Assembly: GCA_963709345.1 (NCBI GenBank)
Contig: CAVPVX010000001.1
Location: 352,001-416,000 of the forward strand
Direction: 5' to 3'
Length of the DNA: 64,000 nucleotides
DNA from: an uncultured Actinomycetes bacterium
GTDB lineage: Bacteria; Actinomycetota; Thermoleophilia; UBA2241
Positions within the stretch are counted from its first letter, which is position 1. Every line of letters starts with the position of its first letter. Below are positions 58,140-64,000 of the stretch, in pieces. A program made the position numbers and the translations under genes. The notes beneath the pieces were generated by a model that had not been told where the DNA came from, did no database searches, and worked only from the letters and a program-made list of their open reading frames with translations.

Positions 58140-59186
58140 TCAGGGCCTCGGCACGAGCCCGACGCGCTCACGCACCTTGGCGAGCGTGCGTGTGGCGATG
58201 GCCTCCGCACGCTCAGCCCCGGTCTTGAGCACCTCGAGGGTGAAGCTCTTGTCCGCCTCGAGTTCGCGGATACGAGCCTGGATGGGCGAGAGAGCCTCCA
58301 CCACGACCTCGGCGAGGTCGGCCTTGAAGTCCGCGTACCCTCTCCCCTCGTAGCGCCGCTCGATGTCGGCGACGGAGTCGCCTGCGAGGATGCTGTAGAT
58401 GTCGAGGAGGTTGCTGAGCGCGGGCTTGTCCTGCCCACCGCGCACGTCGGTGCCTGAATCGGTGACCGCACGCCGGATCTTCCTGCGGATGACGTCCGGC
58501 GCGTCCATGACGGCGATGTAGCTGTTCTCCGACCCGGCGCTCTTGCTCATCTTCTTCGCCGGGTCGTCAAGGCTCATGATGCGCTTACCCTCGGTGCGGA
58601 TGATGGGCTCCGGGACGACGAACGCTTTGCCGAAGGCGTTGTTGAAGCGCTCGGCGACGTCGCGCGTGAGTTCCACGTGCTGCTTCTGATCCTCACCCAC
58701 CGGCACGGCGTCGGCGCGATAGAGCAGGATGTCGGCGGCCATCAGCACCGGGTAGTCGAACAGGCCGACGGGGATGCTCTCGCCTTCGGCCCCGGCGGTC
58801 TTGTCCTTGTACTGCGTCATGCGACGTAGTTCGCCCATGTAGGTGATCGTGTTGAGGATCCACATGAGCTCGGTGTGCGCCGGCACATGGCTCTGCACGA
58901 ACACGATGGACCGCTCAGGGTCCACGCCGGCCGCGAGATATGCGTTGGCGACGTCGATGGTGTTTCGCCGAAGATCGGCTCGCGCCTGACGCACCGTGAT
59001 GGCGTGCAGGTCGACGATGCAGTAGATACAGTCGTGCGTCTCCTGCATGGCAACGTAGTTGCGGATAGCTCCGAGGTAGTTGCCGAGATGCAGCGTGCCC
59101 GAGGGCTGGCTGCCGCTGAAGACCCGCGGCCGGCGCACGGGCTTCGCGGTCTCGCTCGGCACTGAGGTGTCGGCGGCTGCGCTCAC
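58140..59186 (-). CDS. trpS: Tryptophan--tRNA ligase
   Basis: FSGSQPSG.LHLGNYLGA (HIGH), YPVLMAADIL, VPVGEDQKQH, KMSKS; start approximate. Confidence 0.96.
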   Translation of the reverse strand: MSAAADTSVPSETAKPVRRPRVFSGSQPSGTLHLGNYLGAIRNYVAMQETHDCIYCIVDLHAITVRQARADLRRNTIDVANAYLAAGVDPERSIVFVQSHVPAHTELMWILNTITYMGELRRMTQYKDKTAGAEGESIPVGLFDYPVLMAADILLYRADAVPVGEDQKQHVELTRDVAERFNNAFGKAFVVPEPIIRTEGKRIMSLDDPAKKMSKSAGSENSYIAVMDAPDVIRRKIRRAVTDSGTDVRGGQDKPALSNLLDIYSILAGDSVADIERRYEGRGYADFKADLAEVVVEALSPIQARIRELEADKSFTLEVLKTGAERAEAIATRTLAKVRERVGLVPRP

Positions 59187-59293
59187 GGCTGTGGAGTCTA
59201 CAGAAGCGCGGGCGAGCGGGCTACCGCGTCTCGCCGGTACGTCCCAACACGCGCCCGGGCAAGAGCCACACGGGGGACGCACCCAGGAGAGCT

Positions 59294-59605
59294 GTGGCGC
59301 AAACACGGGGCATCGACGACGCACCGATCGCGCTGATAGGGGCCGAGGACGAGGTCGCCGTCTACGAGGCCATCGGCCAGGCGATACGTGACCTGCTTCC
59401 GGACGCCTACGTCATCGCCGGCTCTCTCGCCCCCGACAACGAGACGTTTCGCGTGTGCTCGGTGCGGGGTCTGGGGTCGTACTCGAGAGCCGTGCGCAAG
59501 ACCCTCGGCGTCGATGTCGACGCGTGCAGGGCCGGCGGCGCGCGCCGCGAACACCCCATCGACGACCGGACCGCCTCGCCGGCCGCGACCCGAAAGCCGT
59601 CATGA
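59294..59605 (+). pseudogene. Short ORF, possibly a sensor-domain remnant
   Basis: RBS AGGAG; protein-like first 75 aa, then low-complexity sequence. Confidence 0.35.
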
Positions 59606-59617
59606 CAAGGGGGCGTG

Positions 59618-60172
59618 ATGAGTTCCGTCACCGTGGATCTGCGCCTGCAAAGCGTCGACGACTTCTTCCGCACTCCCGACATCGACGCGTTCTCCGAGTG
59701 GTACGAGGCCTACAGCGAAGAGCCGGCCATCGAGTACGTCGCGGCCTGCGTCGGTGACGACCCCGGAGCCGATCACGTCGACGTCGTCATCCGGCTACCG
59801 GGAGACGGCGTCACCGCAGATGCCGAGGATCGCCTCCGGCGCGCGATCACGAGGTACTGCGACGGCCGGCTCCTGATGGTGCGGCGGGAGGCGGCTCGCA
59901 ACAACTCGCGCGGCTGGCTCATGCTGGCCTTCTCCATCGTCGTCGTCGCCTTCTTCGTCTTCTCGGCCCATCGTCTCAGCGACTCGCCGATGGAGCCTCT
60001 CACCATCGCCGCCGAGGGACTCAGCATCGCCGCTTGGGTGCTTCTGTGGCATCCCCTCGAGGCACTGGTCTTCAACCGCTGGGATTACCGCCTCGACCGG
60101 CGCGTGCTGCACACGATCCGCGACAAGTCCCATGTGCGCATCGTGGCGCTGGACGGGCCCGACGACAGCTGA
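59618..60172 (+). CDS. Membrane protein (2 TM)
   Basis: AEGLSIAAWVLLWHPLEALVF; coding-like codon bias. Confidence 0.7.
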   Translation: MSSVTVDLRLQSVDDFFRTPDIDAFSEWYEAYSEEPAIEYVAACVGDDPGADHVDVVIRLPGDGVTADAEDRLRRAITRYCDGRLLMVRREAARNNSRGWLMLAFSIVVVAFFVFSAHRLSDSPMEPLTIAAEGLSIAAWVLLWHPLEALVFNRWDYRLDRRVLHTIRDKSHVRIVALDGPDDS

Positions 60173-60270
60173 TACCGCAGCCGGGTCCGCATCGCCGCCG
60201 CAACGGTCCTGAAACGGCCTGTGATTGCGACCCGTGGACGACTGGTGCTACGCTGCCCGGGAACCGAGGA

Positions 60271-60454
60271 CGTCCGGCTGAAGGTCGCGTGAGAGCCCGC
60301 CGCTCGAAGAAGAGAGCGGGCGCCGAAGGGGCAAGGATGGCGCAGGATGCGTCGCCGAAACTCTCAGGCCAACGGAACGCGACTGGACGGGCCCCTGGAG
60401 CGGCCGACCGACAAGGTCGGCGGCGGACAGGGTGATGGGACCATCACCCTGTCC
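60271..60454 (+). ncRNA. Glycine riboswitch (singlet aptamer + ghost aptamer + competing hairpin)
   Basis: P1 GTCGCGT/ACGCGAC; GAGAG, CGCCGAAGGGGCAA and AAACTCTCAGGC motifs; upstream of an operon containing gcvT and glyA domains. Confidence 0.88.
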
Positions 60455-60477
60455 TTCGACGCTTGGGGGTGACTTCG

Positions 60478-61686
60478 ATGAGCGAACGATGCGGCGACGC
60501 ACTGGCCCGGCGCATCGCCCGCCTCGGGACCGAGACGGCCTTCGCCGTCTCCGCCGAGGCCAACGAGTGGAAGGCTGGGGGTCACACCGTCTACCCCTTC
60601 CACCTCGGCGACATGGACCTGCCCACCCCCCCGAACATCGTCGAAGCGTCGTTCAGGGCGATTCGCGACGGCAAGACCGGGTACTGCCCCAACTCCGGCA
60701 TTCCGCAACTGCGCGAGGCGCTGGCCGCCGACGTCGGCGCCTCCCACGGCTTGGCGCTCGGACCGGACAATGTCGCCATCCAGCCCGGCGGCAAGCCGGT
60801 GATCGGCAAGTTCATCCTCGCGCTCATGGACCCGGGCGACGAGGTCCTGTATCCCAATCCGGGCTACCCGATCTACGAAAGCCAGATCCAGTTCCACGGC
60901 GGCACGGCGCTCCCGTACGGTTACGTCGAGGGAGGCGAGAACTTCGAGCTCGATCTCGAGAGCCTCAAGAGCCAGGTCACATCCAGTACGAAGCTGCTGA
61001 TCTACAACGACCTTCAGAATCCGACCGGCGCGGAGAGTTCGCCCGCTGAACTCGAGCGAGTTGCCGAGTTCGTCCTCGCCCACGACCTCTTCGTCCTCTG
61101 TGACGAAGCGTACTTCGACATCCGCTACTCGGGGAAGAGCCGGTCGCTCGCGAGCCTGCCGGGTATGGCCGAGCGCTGTCTGATCCTGTACACCTTCAGC
61201 AAGAAGTTCGCGATGACCGGCTGGAGGCTCGGAGCCGCCGTCGGGCCACTGTCCATCGTCAACGTGATCGGCAAGCTCAACGTCAACGACGAGAGCTGCT
61301 CCAACCACTTCGCCCAATACGGCGCCCTGGAGGGCTTGATCGGCGATCAGAGCGGCCCGCGCGAGATACTCCGCGTGCTCGAGGAGCGACGCGACGTCGC
61401 CGTCGAGCTCCTGAGCGAAGTGCCCGGGGTCTCCTGCCTGCGCCCCGAGGCGACGTTCTACCTGTACCCCAACGTCACCGGGCTCATGAAGCGGAAGGGC
61501 TTCACCGACTACGACGACCTGCGGCGCGCGGCGCTGGAGCAGACGGGTGTCTCCTTCTGTACCCGCCTGCACTTCGGCCGCGCCCTGCCGAACGAGAAGG
61601 AGGCCTACGTGCGCTTCGCCTACTCGGGCATCAGCACCGACCTGATCCGTGAGGGGCTCGGCAGACTTCGGGAGTGGGCGCTGTGA
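60478..61686 (+). CDS. Class I/II PLP aminotransferase (AspB-like)
   Basis: FHLGDMD, GIPQLREA, PGGKP, QNPTG, DEAY, TFSKKFAMTGWRLG, VRFAY. Confidence 0.92.
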   Translation: MSERCGDALARRIARLGTETAFAVSAEANEWKAGGHTVYPFHLGDMDLPTPPNIVEASFRAIRDGKTGYCPNSGIPQLREALAADVGASHGLALGPDNVAIQPGGKPVIGKFILALMDPGDEVLYPNPGYPIYESQIQFHGGTALPYGYVEGGENFELDLESLKSQVTSSTKLLIYNDLQNPTGAESSPAELERVAEFVLAHDLFVLCDEAYFDIRYSGKSRSLASLPGMAERCLILYTFSKKFAMTGWRLGAAVGPLSIVNVIGKLNVNDESCSNHFAQYGALEGLIGDQSGPREILRVLEERRDVAVELLSEVPGVSCLRPEATFYLYPNVTGLMKRKGFTDYDDLRRAALEQTGVSFCTRLHFGRALPNEKEAYVRFAYSGISTDLIREGLGRLREWAL

Positions 61687-64000
61687 GCGGCGGAGAGAGA
61701 GCCGCGAGCCTGCTACTCACCCCGTTCCACGCCCTGCACGTAGCCGCCGGCGCGCGAATGGTCGACTTCGGCGGCTGGGACATGCCGATCCAGTACCCCA
61801 CCGGAATCATCGCCGAGCACCTCGCGACACGCCGGAACGCCGGGCTCTTCGACGTCTCCCACATGGGGCGCTTCATCCTCCGCGGACCCGGCGCCGTCGC
61901 CTTCCTCCAGCACATGCTGACCAACAACGCCGAGGCTCTCGACCTTCTCGAGTCGCAGTACACGATCGTGCCGACCGAGACCGGCGGAGCCGTCGACGAC
62001 GCCTACCTCTACCGCTTCGTCGATGACGAGTACCTCCTTGTCGTGAACGCCTCCAACCGCCACAGGGACCTGGCACACCTTCGCGAGCATCTCGCCCACT
62101 TCCCCGATGTCGAGTTGAGCGACGCGACCGGAGAGATCGCCATGATCGCGCTCCAGGGCAAAGCGTCGCGAGACATCCTCGGCGGCCTTATCGAGGACGG
62201 TCGGCTGCCCGAGCCTTTGCGCAACGCGCTCGGCATCGCGACGCTGCGACTTCCGGGAGGCAAGGGCCGTGTGGAAGCGCGCATCGCCCGGACCGGCTAC
62301 ACGGGTGAACCCGTCTGCTTCGAGCTCTTCGTGCCGGCCACCGACGGACCGGGGCTCTGGGACGCATTGGTCGCTGCGGGCGCCGTCCCCGTCGGGCTCG
62401 GCGCCCGCGACACCCTGCGGCTCGAGGCCGGCCTCCCGCTCTACGGCCACGAGCTCGGGCTCGGCCCTGACGGCCGTGAGATCCCGGTCATGAGCTGCCC
62501 GCTGGCGTCCTTCGCGGTCAGCTTCTCGCCGCGGAAAGGCGACTACGTCGGGCGCGCGGCGCTGGAGAGGCAGCACCGGGCCTACGCCCGCATCCTGCAG
62601 CGAGACTACTCCCTGATCGACGACCTGCCACGGCTCACGCGGCCGGTGGCCATGACCGGGCGCGGAATCGCCCGCGAGGGATCGCCGGTATACGCGGTCA
62701 CCGGCGCAGGCGAGGAGCTCTTCGACGAACGCCCGGCCCTCGGCTGGGTGACCAGCGGGACGATGGTGCCTTACTGGGGCGTCGATGGAGAAGGCCTGTG
62801 CTCGCTGCAGACGGACGATCACAAACTGCGCTCGATCGCCCTCGCCTACCTGGACAGCCGCGTGCTCGAGGACGACGAGGTCTCCGTCGATGTGCGCGGC
62901 CGCCCCGTTCCCGGCCTGGTCGTCCCCTACCATCTGCGCAGCGACGCCCCGCCCTGCGCACGGGCCATCGTCTGGGACTACACGCCGCAGCTCACGGAGC
63001 TGGAGGGCGGCGAAGCGGGCGAGAAGGCCTTGCGCCTGCTCGCCCGCGCCATCGCCAACCACGAGTGGCGCCAGCAGGAGTGCATCGACCTGATCCCCAG
63101 CGAGATGACGCCGTCGCCGATGGTGCGCCTGCTCAGCGTCACCGATCCGTCGGGCCGCTACGCCGAGCACAAGAAGACCGAGGCCTTCTACGACGCGGAC
63201 GTCTTCTACTACCAGGGGACCGGCTTCATCGACGAGGTCGAGCGCCACCTGGTGAGCGAGATGCGCGCCTATCCTCGGCTGCCCGGAGGTCGAGACCCGC
63301 GCCGTCAGCGGCCAGATGGCCAACACCGCCGTCTTCAGCGCGCTCGTCGACTACCTCAACCGCGCCGACCGCAAGGCCGAGCCGCGGCGCATCGCGCAAG
63401 GTCGTGAACAACCACATCGGCAAGGGCGGCCACCTGAGCGCTCAGCCGATGGGCGCCCTGCGCGACTACGTCGCCCGCGACCCCGTCACCGAGACGCCGG
63501 CGGTGGTCGACATCCCGGTGCTTGCCGGACAACCCGTACAAGGCGGACGTGCCGGCGCTCCTCGACGTGCTCGAGCAGGAGCGCCCCGAGCTGGTCATCC
63601 TCGGCAAGAGCATGGTGCTGCACCCGGAGCCGGTCTACGAGGTGCGCCGGTTCCTGGACGACGCGGGCATCCCCGCCGTGCTCATGTACGACATGGCCCA
63701 TGTGCTCGGCCTGATCGGCCCGCACTTCCAGCAGCCCTTCACCGAAGGCGCCGACATCGTCACCGGCTCGACGCACAAGACCTTCTTCGGCACGCAGCGC
63801 GGCATCGTCGGTGCCCGTTGGGTCGAGGGTGACGAGAAACGGGACCTCTGGGAGGCGATCGAACGAAGGACCTTCCCCGGGATCGGTGAGCAACCACCAC
63901 CTCGGGACGCTGCTCGGCCTGCTCATGGCCGCCTACGAGATGAATCACTTCAAGGACGCCTACCAGCAGGCGGTGATCGCCAACGCCAAGGCGTTTGCCG
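61683..64000 (+). CDS. gcvT-glyA: GcvT (aminomethyltransferase)-serine hydroxymethyltransferase fusion; four apparent +1 frameshifts in the SHMT part; runs off the window
   Basis: FGGWDMPIQY, FDVSHMG, RTGYTGE, GLGARDTLRLEAG; in the same frame LIPSE and GRYAE; then SGQMAN, GGHLS, YDMAHVLGL, GSTHKTFFG and FPG.VSNHH across shifts near 63273, 63394, 63521 and 63881. Confidence 0.85.

Noticed and set aside
1-64000. Many long overlapping ORFs (e.g. 1535-3685, 22581-24929, 32501-34744, 49212-51401)
   Set aside because: Antisense or off-frame shadows of real genes, as expected at high GC; no recognisable motifs
1-64000. CRISPR array, IS/transposase, integrase, prophage, rRNA
   Set aside because: No regularly spaced repeats or matching protein motifs were seen by eye

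Overview
A high-GC chromosomal window, probably from an actinomycete with anaerobic metabolism (Thermoleophilia-like; this is inferred from gene content only). The rsmG-parA-parB genes and two parS sites suggest it lies near the origin. The first 21 kb hold transporters (ABC, MFS, MMPL), a GT-C/GT2/GT4 envelope glycosylation cluster, and a three-gene unit of a surface alpha/alpha-barrel protein, an ExbB/MotA-like protein and a DUF2149 protein. The middle holds a DUF6421-like protein with threonine aldolase, two radical SAM enzymes, a two-component system with HtrA, a B12-dependent lysine 5,6-aminomutase cluster (kamB-kamD-kamE-thiolase-kdd), and two parS sites, one inside a perfect 46-bp palindrome. 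The last 24 kb hold decaying multi-GAF/GGDEF genes, two guanidino-metabolism units, tRNA-Ala(CGC), trpS, and a singlet glycine riboswitch ahead of an aminotransferase and a GcvT-SHMT fusion. Several pseudogenes and frameshifts occur, and some are probably sequencing errors. I saw no CRISPR array, IS element, integrase or rRNA. The best candidate for an undescribed system is the barrel protein/ExbB-like/DUF2149 unit at 15286-18688. All family calls come from motifs recognised by eye, not from database searches.
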